Source of the DNA: Clostridia bacterium
GTDB taxonomy: Bacteria; Bacillota; Clostridia; Monoglobales; Monoglobaceae
Direction of reading: 5' to 3'
DNA length: 64,000 bases
Assembly (NCBI GenBank): GCA_045578305.1
Contig: JAZNKA010000051.1
Span: 11,308-75,307, forward strand
Of this stretch, positions 10,047 through 18,292 are shown piece by piece. Made by a program: the position numbers and the translations under genes. Each line of letters starts with the position of its first letter. Positions within the stretch are counted from its first letter, which is position 1. Under the pieces are notes generated by a model. That model searched no databases. It was not told the origin of the DNA and saw only the letters and a list, made by a program, of their open reading frames with translations.

Positions 10047-10709
10047 ATGAAAAATAATAAAAATTCAAATAAAAAAGTCGTAAAAAAGAAAAATTCACTT
10101 AATAAAATCGGCATAATAGTCGGTTTGGCAGCGGTTGTCGTTCTTGCGGCGGTGGTGATTGCTTTAAGTGTAAACGGCGGCAAGGAGGAAAAACAAATGA
10201 TAGAAGACAATGTAAAGGTATTGGTGGAAATGGAAAACGGCGGGGAGTTTGTCCTCGAGCTTTATCCTGAATATGCGCCTCAGACTGTTCAGAACTTTGT
10301 AGATTTGGTTACAGACGGGTTTTATGATGGTGTTGGTTTCCACAGAGTGGTTGACGGATTTATGGCACAGGGCGGCGACCCCGAGGGCACAGGCATGGGC
10401 GGCAGTGGCGTTCAGATTCCGGGCGAATTTGCGGCAAACGGATTTACCCAAAACACCCTGTCTCATACACGCGGTGTGATTTCGATGGCTCGCAGCCAGG
10501 ACCCCGACAGCGCGTCAAGCCAGTTCTTTATTTGCTATGATGATGCGTCGTTTTTGGATGGGCAGTATGCAGCGTTTGGCAAAGTAATCGAGGGTATGGA
10601 AACGGTTGATGCTTTTCTTGATGTAGAAAGAACTTACAATTCAATGGGCGAGGAAGCTTCTCCTGTTGAGCCGATTGTTATGAAAAGTGTTACAATAATA
10701 ACTGAATAA
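10047..10709 (+). CDS. Cyclophilin-type peptidyl-prolyl isomerase with an N-terminal membrane anchor
   Basis: Lys-rich N-terminus, then TM IGIIVGLAAVVVLAAVVIAL. Cyclophilin core FHRVVDGFMAQGGDP...SMARS...SQFFI. The start could instead be 10026. Confidence 0.88.
   Translation: MKNNKNSNKKVVKKKNSLNKIGIIVGLAAVVVLAAVVIALSVNGGKEEKQMIEDNVKVLVEMENGGEFVLELYPEYAPQTVQNFVDLVTDGFYDGVGFHRVVDGFMAQGGDPEGTGMGGSGVQIPGEFAANGFTQNTLSHTRGVISMARSQDPDSASSQFFICYDDASFLDGQYAAFGKVIEGMETVDAFLDVERTYNSMGEEASPVEPIVMKSVTIITE
10425..10455 (+). repeat. 31-nt stretch identical to 11675-11705, within roughly 450 nt of diverged tandem duplication of the cyclophilin domain
   Basis: GAATTTGCGGCAAACGGATTTACCCAAAACA occurs in both genes, and the flanking codons are largely conserved. 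Confidence 0.9.
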
Positions 10710-10723
10710 AGCAGGTGAAAACT

Positions 10724-11953
10724 ATGAAAAGAATAATTTCTGCAATTGTTGCGAGTCTTTTGATTTGCACAAGTGTTGCTTTTGCGCATCCGTTCAGTGA
10801 TGTTTCGGGACATTGGGCAGAAGCCGAGATAGAAAAAGGGTTTAAAAACGAGGCAATAAACGGTGACCCCGACGGAAGATTCAGGCCTGATGACCCAATT
10901 ACAAGAGCCGAGTTTTTGAAAATGCTGACAGCGGATATCTGCAAAAGGGCTGAAATAGAAATTCCGGAAGAATTTGATGATGGTGTTCACTGGTCATCAA
11001 AGTATCACAACTTTGCAAATGTTTATATCTATGAAGGGATAAACAGCGAAGTTGACGGAGTAAAGCCCGGAATTATGGAGACAGAGGCTGAGTTTGAACA
11101 GGCTATTTCAAGATGGGAAATGGCGTTTATGCTTGCCAATGCGATGGGAAATGTTATAGGAGTAACTTCGCAAGGAGTACAGTCGGTTGAATTTGCGGAC
11201 AGCGACACTATAAATGCCGAACTCCCCGAACTTATTGCAAAAGCAATTTTTGTCTGCAACGAGTTTTCGATTATGAACGGTGACGAAAAAAGCTATTTCA
11301 ATCCGTTTGATAATGGAACTCGTGCCGAGGCAATAACTGTTGTCAACCGCTTTGACAAGATGCTTTCGGATGTTATTGAGACTCAGGCTAAACTTGAGGA
11401 GGAATATGAAAAACAGATGAAGGAATCTTTGATTACCTACGACGAGATCCCCACAGGTCATCCTGTTGCAACAATGACTATGAGTGACAACAAGAAGATT
11501 ACAATCGAGCTTTATCCCGAATATGCACCACAGACAGTTGCCAACTTTGTAAACCTTGCAAAAAGCGGTTTTTACAGTGGCCTTACTTTCCATCGAGTGG
11601 TCGAGGGATTTATGGCACAAGGCGGTGACCCATTGGGCAACGGAATGGGTGGCGCAGAGAATAATATCAAGGGTGAATTTGCGGCAAACGGATTTACCCA
11701 AAACACACTTTCGCACAAGCGCGGTGTAATTTCGATGGCGCGTTCTCAGCATTTTGACAGTGCATCAAGTCAGTTCTTCATTTGCTACGATGACGTGTCG
11801 TTTCTGGACGGACAGTATGCGGCGTTTGGCAAGGTAACAAGCGGTATGGACACGGTTGACGCATTTCTCAAAAACGAAATGGAATACAACAGTATGGGCG
11901 AGCTTGCATCCCCCAAAAATCCGATTGTTATAAAGTCAATAACAATTAAATAA
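10724..11953 (+). CDS. SLH-domain surface-anchored cyclophilin-type peptidyl-prolyl isomerase
   Basis: Signal peptide. SLH repeats FSDVSGHWAEAEIEKG...ITRAEFLKML and FADSD...GTRAEAITVVNRF. C-terminal cyclophilin domain is paralogous to the upstream gene. Confidence 0.85.
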   Translation: MKRIISAIVASLLICTSVAFAHPFSDVSGHWAEAEIEKGFKNEAINGDPDGRFRPDDPITRAEFLKMLTADICKRAEIEIPEEFDDGVHWSSKYHNFANVYIYEGINSEVDGVKPGIMETEAEFEQAISRWEMAFMLANAMGNVIGVTSQGVQSVEFADSDTINAELPELIAKAIFVCNEFSIMNGDEKSYFNPFDNGTRAEAITVVNRFDKMLSDVIETQAKLEEEYEKQMKESLITYDEIPTGHPVATMTMSDNKKITIELYPEYAPQTVANFVNLAKSGFYSGLTFHRVVEGFMAQGGDPLGNGMGGAENNIKGEFAANGFTQNTLSHKRGVISMARSQHFDSASSQFFICYDDVSFLDGQYAAFGKVTSGMDTVDAFLKNEMEYNSMGELASPKNPIVIKSITIK

Positions 11954-11964
11954 CAATTTTTAAA

Positions 11965-12006
11965 AAGGAAGAGCTGTGACAAAATTTTTGTCACAGCTCT
12001 TTTTGC
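11965..12006. terminator. Bidirectional intrinsic terminator (CTGTGAC-core palindrome)
   Basis: AGAGCTGTGACAAA-loop-TTTGTCACAGCTCT, a stem of about 13 bp with flanking A and T runs, between convergent genes. Confidence 0.85.
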
Positions 12007-12010
12007 TGTT

Positions 12011-13495
12011 TTATTTTTGATACAATTTTTTCGTTTCGTATCTTGGCTCAAAGCTTACGTTTATACCCAGCCGTTTAAGAATTTTTTCGTCCTCTTCGCT
12101 TAAGATAACCGAGAAATGTGCAACACTGCCTTGTAGATTTTCAAGCTTTTCTTTTGCAGATTTTGAAATCGGATTGGAAAGAGCCGAAATAGTAAGTGCA
12201 AGCAAAACCTCGTCTGTATGAAGTCTTGGGTTTTTGTGTTTAAGATACTTTGTTTTTAGGTCACAGATAGGTTCAAGCACCTTTGCGTCGATAAGGTCAA
12301 GGCTATCGTCAATGTCACCCAAAACTTTTAAGGAATTAAGCAAGAGTGCCGATGCCGCGCCAAGTGTGCTGGAGGTTTTTCCCGTGACAATGCGCCCATC
12401 GGGAAGAAGCAACGCACCTGCCGGAGAATTGGTTTTTTCGGCTTTTTCAAGTGCTGCGGTAACTGCAGGGCAAAAGTCGGGAGTGATACCTGCCTGATTC
12501 ATAAGAAGTTCGATTTTTTTTGTCTGATTTTCGTCGCATCTGCCACGGAAAGCGTTGGATGCAACAGCATAGTATCGGCGGATAATTTCAAATTTTGAAG
12601 CGGTGCAGCAAGCATCGTCATCAAAAATGCAAAAACCTGCCATATTTACACCCATATCAGTTGGGGATTTATATGGTGAATACCCTTGAATTCTTTCAAA
12701 AATAGTATTGAGAACAGGGAAAATTTCGACATCACGATTGTAATTTACTGCAGTTTTGCCATAAGCTTCAAGGTGGAACGGGTCAATCATATTGACATCG
12801 TCAAGGTCAGCGGTTGCAGCCTCGTATGCAAGATTGACAGGGTGTTTAAGCGGAAGATTCCAGATCGGAAATGTTTCAAATTTGGCATAGCCTGCATTTA
12901 TTCCGCGTTTGTGGTCGTGATAAAGCTGGCTCAGGCAGGTTGCCATTTTTCCACTTCCGGGTCCGGGGGCAGTCACAACTACAAGTGAACGGTCTGTTTC
13001 GATATAATCATTTTTGCCAAGACCCTCATCGCTAAGTATGTGAGGAATATCGGACGGATACCCTGCGATTGAGTAATGTTTGTAGCATTTGATTCCCAAA
13101 GTGGTAAGGTGCTTTAAAAAAGCAACGGCAGATGGTTGACTGTTAAAACGCGTCAGTACTACCGAGCCTACATAAAGATTCATATCCCTGAATGTGTCAA
13201 TCAGCCTCAAAACATCGCTGTCATAGGTGATTCCGATATCACTGCGGGTTTTGTTTGCCTCGATATCTTCGGCACTTATGGTGATGACAATTTCGACTTC
13301 TTTTTCAAGTTGCTGAAGCATACGGATTTTGCTGTCAGGAGCAAAACCGGGCAAAACGCGTGAGGCGTGATAATCGTCAAAAAGCTTGCCGCCAAATTCA
13401 AGATACAGTTTGCCGCCGAATTGTGCAATGCGGTTTCGTATTTGCTCTGACTGCATGGTCAGGTATTTTTGATTATCAAATCCAATCTTTGCCAT
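12011..13495 (-). CDS. DUF1846 / UPF0371 family protein
   Basis: N-terminus FDNQKYLTMQSEQIRNRI...GGKLYLEFGGKLFDDYHASRVLPGF matches my memory of the UPF0371 family. SD AAGGAG. Confidence 0.8.
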   Translation of the reverse strand: MAKIGFDNQKYLTMQSEQIRNRIAQFGGKLYLEFGGKLFDDYHASRVLPGFAPDSKIRMLQQLEKEVEIVITISAEDIEANKTRSDIGITYDSDVLRLIDTFRDMNLYVGSVVLTRFNSQPSAVAFLKHLTTLGIKCYKHYSIAGYPSDIPHILSDEGLGKNDYIETDRSLVVVTAPGPGSGKMATCLSQLYHDHKRGINAGYAKFETFPIWNLPLKHPVNLAYEAATADLDDVNMIDPFHLEAYGKTAVNYNRDVEIFPVLNTIFERIQGYSPYKSPTDMGVNMAGFCIFDDDACCTASKFEIIRRYYAVASNAFRGRCDENQTKKIELLMNQAGITPDFCPAVTAALEKAEKTNSPAGALLLPDGRIVTGKTSSTLGAASALLLNSLKVLGDIDDSLDLIDAKVLEPICDLKTKYLKHKNPRLHTDEVLLALTISALSNPISKSAKEKLENLQGSVAHFSVILSEEDEKILKRLGINVSFEPRYETKKLYQK

Positions 13496-13595
13496 TTTAA
13501 GTGCTCCTTAGGTCTTTGGTTAATATACAAATTAAAGTATAACATATTTTTCGACAATATAAAAGGGGAATTTGAAAAAAATTAAAAAAAATTTT

Positions 13596-13640
13596 GGAAA
13601 GAAAAAATGACTGCGACAAATTTTTGTCACAGTCATTTTA
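13596..13640 (-). terminator. Intrinsic terminator of the ABC exporter operon (CTGYGAC-core palindrome)
   Basis: On the minus strand: AAAATGACTGTGACAAA-loop-TTTGTCGCAGTCATTTT (one mismatch), followed by a T-rich run. Confidence 0.75.
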
Positions 13641-13651
13641 ATCATAGGGTT

Positions 13652-15553
13652 TTATTCCTCGTCTGCATCAAAGGAGCCGGTATAAAGGTTGTAGTATCGA
13701 CCTTTTTCGGCAATCAGTTTGTCGTGGTCGCCGCGCTCGATAATTTTTCCGCCGTCCATAACCATAATGACATCAGAATTTTGTATGGTGGAAAGTCGGT
13801 GTGCAATAACAAATACAGTTCTTCCCTGCATAAGCGAATCCATTCCTTTTTGAACAATCCGTTCGGTTCGGGTATCAATGCTGGATGTGGCTTCATCAAG
13901 AATCATAACGGGTGGGTCGGCAATTGCTGCTCTTGCTATTGCAAGAAGCTGCCTTTGTCCCTGAGAAAGTCCTTCGCCACCGCTTTTTAGCACAGTATTG
14001 TATCCATCCGAGAGCATCTTGATAAATCCGTCGGCATTGGCAAGGCGTGCTGCCTCATACACCTCTTCGTCGGTGGCGTCAAGTCTGCCGTACCTGATGT
14101 TTTCCATAACTGTTCCTGTGAAAAGATGCGTATCTTGAAGCACCATTCCAAGTGACATACGAAGGTCAGATTTTTTTATGTCGGATATATTTATTCCGTC
14201 ATAAAAGATTTTTCCGTCGTTTATATCATAAAAGCGGGTCAAAAGGTTGGTTATTGTGGTCTTGCCTGCGCCTGTGGCTCCCACAAGTGCGATTTTTTGA
14301 CCGGGATTTGCAAAAATAGAAATATCATGCAAAACGTTTTTTTCGGGGACATACCCAAAGTTCACATTTTCCAGCAAAACATCACCCGAAAGGCGTATAT
14401 AGCTGAAGCTTCCGTCTTTTTCGGGCTTTTTCCATGCCCAGATTCCGGTGCGCTTTGAGACTTCTGAAAGTGTTCCGTCGATTTCTTCTGCTTTGACCAA
14501 AGATACAGTCCCGCTGTCTTCCTCGGGTGATTCGTCAATAAGCTCAAAAATGCGCTCTGCCCCGGCAAGAGCCATTATTATAGAGTTGATTTGCTGGGAC
14601 ATATGGCTTATTGGCATGGTAAAGCTTCGGCTAAGCTGCAAAAATGCAGCAATTATACCCACTGTTATTCCGGGAACTCCCCAAATTGCAAGAACTCCAC
14701 CTGCCATTGCAAGAAGAACATATTGCAAATGGCCTAAGTTTCCCATAATAGGCATCAGTATATTTGCCAAAACATTTGCGCTTGTGGCATTTTGGCAAAG
14801 CTCCTCGTTGAGTCTGTCAAAATCGGCTTTGGCTTTTTCTTCGTGACAAAAGACTTTGACGACCTTTTGTCCGTTTATATGCTCTTCTATAAAGCCGTTT
14901 ACTTTTCCTATTGATTTTTGCTGAGCAACAAAAAATCCGGAACTTCTGCCTGTGATTTTTTTGCTGATAAGCAAAATAAGCGCTACAATGCAAAGAACAA
15001 CCAATGTAAGCGGAATGCTGGTCGAAATCATTGCAACAAGAACAGAAATTATTGTTATGACCGAACTGAAAGTGTGCGGTATGCTTTGTGTAATCATTTG
15101 GCGAAGAGTATCGGTATCGTTGGTGTACCGGCTCATTGTGTCGCCGTGAGAGTGAGTATCAAAGTATGAAAGAGGAAGCTTTTGCATTTTTGAAAACATA
15201 TCGTTCCTGATATCTTTTAAAACACCCTGCCCCACAATAATCATTATGCGATTATAAAGAAAGGTTGACAAAACCCCCGCAGCATAAATGCCCAGCATTT
15301 GAAGAACTGCAAGCAAAAGCGGTGAAAAGTCTTTCGACCCGGTTTCAATCATGGGGGTTACATAGTCATCAAGAACAGTCCTGACAAACATCGAGCCTCG
15401 TACCCCTGTGACAGAACTTATAATTATAAAGATTAAAACCACTGCAAGATGCAGCTTGTAGCTTCCGAAGATATACGAAAGAAGCCTTGACAAAGTCCCC
15501 TTTGTGTCCTTGGGTCGCCTTGAAATGTGCATTGCGCCTCTGGGTCTACTCAT
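13652..15553 (-). CDS. ABC transporter, fused permease/ATPase (exporter half-transporter B)
   Basis: Six-helix TMD, Walker A GATGAGKTT, signature LSQGQRQ, Walker B ILDEATS. The ATG at 15553 overlaps the upstream stop (ATGAGTAG). Confidence 0.92.
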   Translation of the reverse strand: MSRPRGAMHISRRPKDTKGTLSRLLSYIFGSYKLHLAVVLIFIIISSVTGVRGSMFVRTVLDDYVTPMIETGSKDFSPLLLAVLQMLGIYAAGVLSTFLYNRIMIIVGQGVLKDIRNDMFSKMQKLPLSYFDTHSHGDTMSRYTNDTDTLRQMITQSIPHTFSSVITIISVLVAMISTSIPLTLVVLCIVALILLISKKITGRSSGFFVAQQKSIGKVNGFIEEHINGQKVVKVFCHEEKAKADFDRLNEELCQNATSANVLANILMPIMGNLGHLQYVLLAMAGGVLAIWGVPGITVGIIAAFLQLSRSFTMPISHMSQQINSIIMALAGAERIFELIDESPEEDSGTVSLVKAEEIDGTLSEVSKRTGIWAWKKPEKDGSFSYIRLSGDVLLENVNFGYVPEKNVLHDISIFANPGQKIALVGATGAGKTTITNLLTRFYDINDGKIFYDGINISDIKKSDLRMSLGMVLQDTHLFTGTVMENIRYGRLDATDEEVYEAARLANADGFIKMLSDGYNTVLKSGGEGLSQGQRQLLAIARAAIADPPVMILDEATSSIDTRTERIVQKGMDSLMQGRTVFVIAHRLSTIQNSDVIMVMDGGKIIERGDHDKLIAEKGRYYNLYTGSFDADEE

Positions 15554-17279
15554 TGCCGACCACCTCCCGTTGCTGAGAGTCATATATTTCGCGATAGATT
15601 GGGTTGGTTTCAAGCAGTTCTTCGTGTGGTGCAAAAGCATTTATTTCGCCATTTTCCATAACAATAATACGGTCAGCGTGCTGTATAGAGGATATTCGCT
15701 GAGCGATAATTATTTTTGTTACATTTGGAATTTCTGTTGCAAAAGCTGCGCGTATAAGGCTGTCTGTTTGCGTATCAACTGCACTTGTCGAATCGTCAAG
15801 AATCAGCACTTTGGGGTCTTTAAGCAAGGCTCTGGCAATGCAAAGCCGCTGCTTTTGTCCGCCTGATACGTTCTTTCCACCTTGTTCGATATGAGTATTG
15901 TATTTGTCGGGGAAGCTGTTTATAAATTCGTCCGCCTGAGCCAAACGACAAGCGTGAATCATTTCTTCTTCGGTAGCATCTTCTTTGCCCCAACGCAAAT
16001 TTTCGGCAATTGTGCCCGAAAACAGTTCGTTTTTCTGAAGCACCATCGAAACCTTATCGCGAAGAGCTTTAAGGTTGTATTCCTTTACATCTCTCCCGCC
16101 CAAAAGGACTGTGCCGGAGGTGGCATCATAAAGCCTTGGAATAAGCTGAACAAGCGATGATTTAGCGCTGCCTGTTGCGCCGATTATGCCTATTGTCTCG
16201 CCTGAATTTATGGAAAAACTGATATTTTTGAGGCAAAGGCTGTCCCTACTTTTGCTATAGCTGAATGATACATCCTTAAATTCAATCGAGCCGTCTTTGA
16301 CCTCACGTATATTTTCTTTGCCGTCCGAAAGGTTTGAGGTTTCACTCAAAACGTCGGCAATTCGTTCAGCAGAAGCCTTTGAAATGGTGAGTGTTACAAA
16401 AATCATGGAAAAGCTCATAAGACTCATAAGTATCTGGTTTGTGTAAGAAATCAGACTGACAAGATTTCCCTGAGTCATATCGCCTGCAACAATCAGCCTT
16501 GAGCCAAACCACGCGATAAGAAGCGTACAAATATACATACAGCTTTGCATAAGCGGTGCATTGAAAGAAAGCAGACGCTCGGCACTGCTGAATTTGTCAT
16601 ATATTTCTTTTGAAACGGTTTTGAACTTTTCCTCCTCAAAGTCTTCGCGCACAAAGGCTTTTACAACGCGCATACCACGAAGGTTTTCGCGGACAACTCG
16701 GTTCAAATGGTCATAGGTTTTGAATACTTTTTCGAAAATGGGGTGAGCTTTGGTAACAATAAGAATAAGCCCTCCGCCAAGGATAGGTATAATTGCAAGA
16801 AAGATAAGGGCAACCCTGGCGTTTACGAAAAATGCCATCGAAAGCGAGAAAATAAGCATAGCAGGACACCTGAAGGCGATACGGATTATCATCTGATAAG
16901 AGTTTTGAAGATTTGCAACATCTGTAGTAAGCCTTGTCACCAGCCCCGAGGTCGAGAATTTGTCAATATTCGAAAACGAGAAGTCCTGAACCGAGTGGAA
17001 CATTTTCTTTCGGAGATTTTTTGCGAAACCTGCCGAGGCAATTGCGGCATATCTGCCGGACATCGCACCGCAAAACATTGAAAGCGCAACCAAAAAGGTG
17101 AGCAAAACACCAATGGACACAACCAGTCGGATATCTTCTTTTTCAATGCCTTGATCGATTATATAAGACATGAGCCAGGGGATAAGAACCTCAAGCACGC
17201 ACTCAAGCATAACAAAAAGAGGCGCAAGGATTGAGGGTCGCTTGTATTCACCAATGCACGAGGCAAGTTTTTTAAGCAT
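15546..17279 (-). CDS. ABC transporter, fused permease/ATPase (exporter half-transporter A)
   Basis: Walker A GATGSAKSS, signature VSGGQKQR, Walker B ILDDSTSAVD. Translationally coupled to the downstream partner. Confidence 0.92.
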   Translation of the reverse strand: MLKKLASCIGEYKRPSILAPLFVMLECVLEVLIPWLMSYIIDQGIEKEDIRLVVSIGVLLTFLVALSMFCGAMSGRYAAIASAGFAKNLRKKMFHSVQDFSFSNIDKFSTSGLVTRLTTDVANLQNSYQMIIRIAFRCPAMLIFSLSMAFFVNARVALIFLAIIPILGGGLILIVTKAHPIFEKVFKTYDHLNRVVRENLRGMRVVKAFVREDFEEEKFKTVSKEIYDKFSSAERLLSFNAPLMQSCMYICTLLIAWFGSRLIVAGDMTQGNLVSLISYTNQILMSLMSFSMIFVTLTISKASAERIADVLSETSNLSDGKENIREVKDGSIEFKDVSFSYSKSRDSLCLKNISFSINSGETIGIIGATGSAKSSLVQLIPRLYDATSGTVLLGGRDVKEYNLKALRDKVSMVLQKNELFSGTIAENLRWGKEDATEEEMIHACRLAQADEFINSFPDKYNTHIEQGGKNVSGGQKQRLCIARALLKDPKVLILDDSTSAVDTQTDSLIRAAFATEIPNVTKIIIAQRISSIQHADRIIVMENGEINAFAPHEELLETNPIYREIYDSQQREVVGNE

Positions 17280-17338
17280 TTTGAGTCAGTCCTTTCGGGG
17301 TAAACTAAAGTTTAAACAACTTTTTCTGTCATACACTT

Positions 17339-17366
17339 ATTATAAAAAATGAGAAAAATCTGTCAA
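17339..17366 (-). promoter_or_regulatory. Sigma-A-type promoter of the ABC exporter operon
   Basis: On the minus strand: TTGACA, 16 nt spacer, TATAAT. Confidence 0.5.
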
Positions 17367-17424
17367 TAAGTAAAGTAAAAAAGATACAAAATATTTACAA
17401 TTTGAAAAGTTGTATTTTTGCGCT

Positions 17425-18258
17425 TTAAAGTGATTTAAGGTGAGCTTTTCGTATTTCGCCCGGAGAAGTTTGAAAATAAGATTTGAAGCTTCGCAAAAAG
17501 TTTGGAAGTGACGAAAATCCTGAGGCAAAGCATATTTCAGAAATCGAAAGATCTCCCGACAAAAGAAGCTTTTTTGCGTGTTCGAGTTTTAAGACAGAGA
17601 TATATGCCTTGTAAGTTTTTCCTGTCGATTTGTGAAACAATGTACTGAAGTAATTTTTATTAAATCCCGATATTTTTGCAACCGTCTGCATCGAGGGGTT
17701 TTCACGAAAATGCCCATGGATATAAAGAAGTGCTTTGCGGATTTGTGCCGAAGTTGAATCCATAATGGGTGCGGAAGAAAAGTCACACTTCCTTAAAAAC
17801 GTGATAAAAAGACATTCAAGCAGGTTTTTTATATAGTCAGCAGAATAGTTATCGCTGGAATTGAACTCAAACAATATTTGTTCGATGAGCGCAGTAACAC
17901 GACAGAAATCAGATTCTTCAAGATGAAAAGCAAGATTGTTTTTGACACTGAGGATTTTTTGCAAAAGCTCATCGTCAAGAAGATTTTCGCTGAACATAAT
18001 ATTATAAACTTCGGCGCCATCACTTTTTATACTGTGAAAGTCGGTTGGATTAAGAAGATAGATATCCCCGGGTGAAAGATAATATTTTACACCATTCAGT
18101 TCGTGGACTGCACTTCCGCTTAGAATAAGCTCAATTTCAAAATAATCGTGCCAGTGAAGTTCGTAATCACGAAGTTTCTTTTTTCGGATAAAAAAGTCAT
18201 CGTGATTTTCGGGTCTTTCTTTTATAAGAAGTCTTGGATAATCGAACTGGTTTTTCAT
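17425..18258 (-). CDS. AraC family transcriptional regulator (cupin sensor plus HTH)
   Basis: N-terminal cupin-like HWHDYFEIELILSG. C-terminal AraC HTH (MQTVAKISGFNKNYFSTLFHK...ISEICFASGFSSLPNFLRSFK). Confidence 0.9.
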   Translation of the reverse strand: MKNQFDYPRLLIKERPENHDDFFIRKKKLRDYELHWHDYFEIELILSGSAVHELNGVKYYLSPGDIYLLNPTDFHSIKSDGAEVYNIMFSENLLDDELLQKILSVKNNLAFHLEESDFCRVTALIEQILFEFNSSDNYSADYIKNLLECLFITFLRKCDFSSAPIMDSTSAQIRKALLYIHGHFRENPSMQTVAKISGFNKNYFSTLFHKSTGKTYKAYISVLKLEHAKKLLLSGDLSISEICFASGFSSLPNFLRSFKSYFQTSPGEIRKAHLKSL

Positions 18259-18292
18259 AAAACCAACCTCGCTTTCAATCGTTTAAAAAAAT

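Noticed and set aside
11108-11752. 214-codon ORF antisense to the SLH-cyclophilin gene
   Set aside because: It is the shadow frame of a well-supported gene and has no SD or recognisable motifs.
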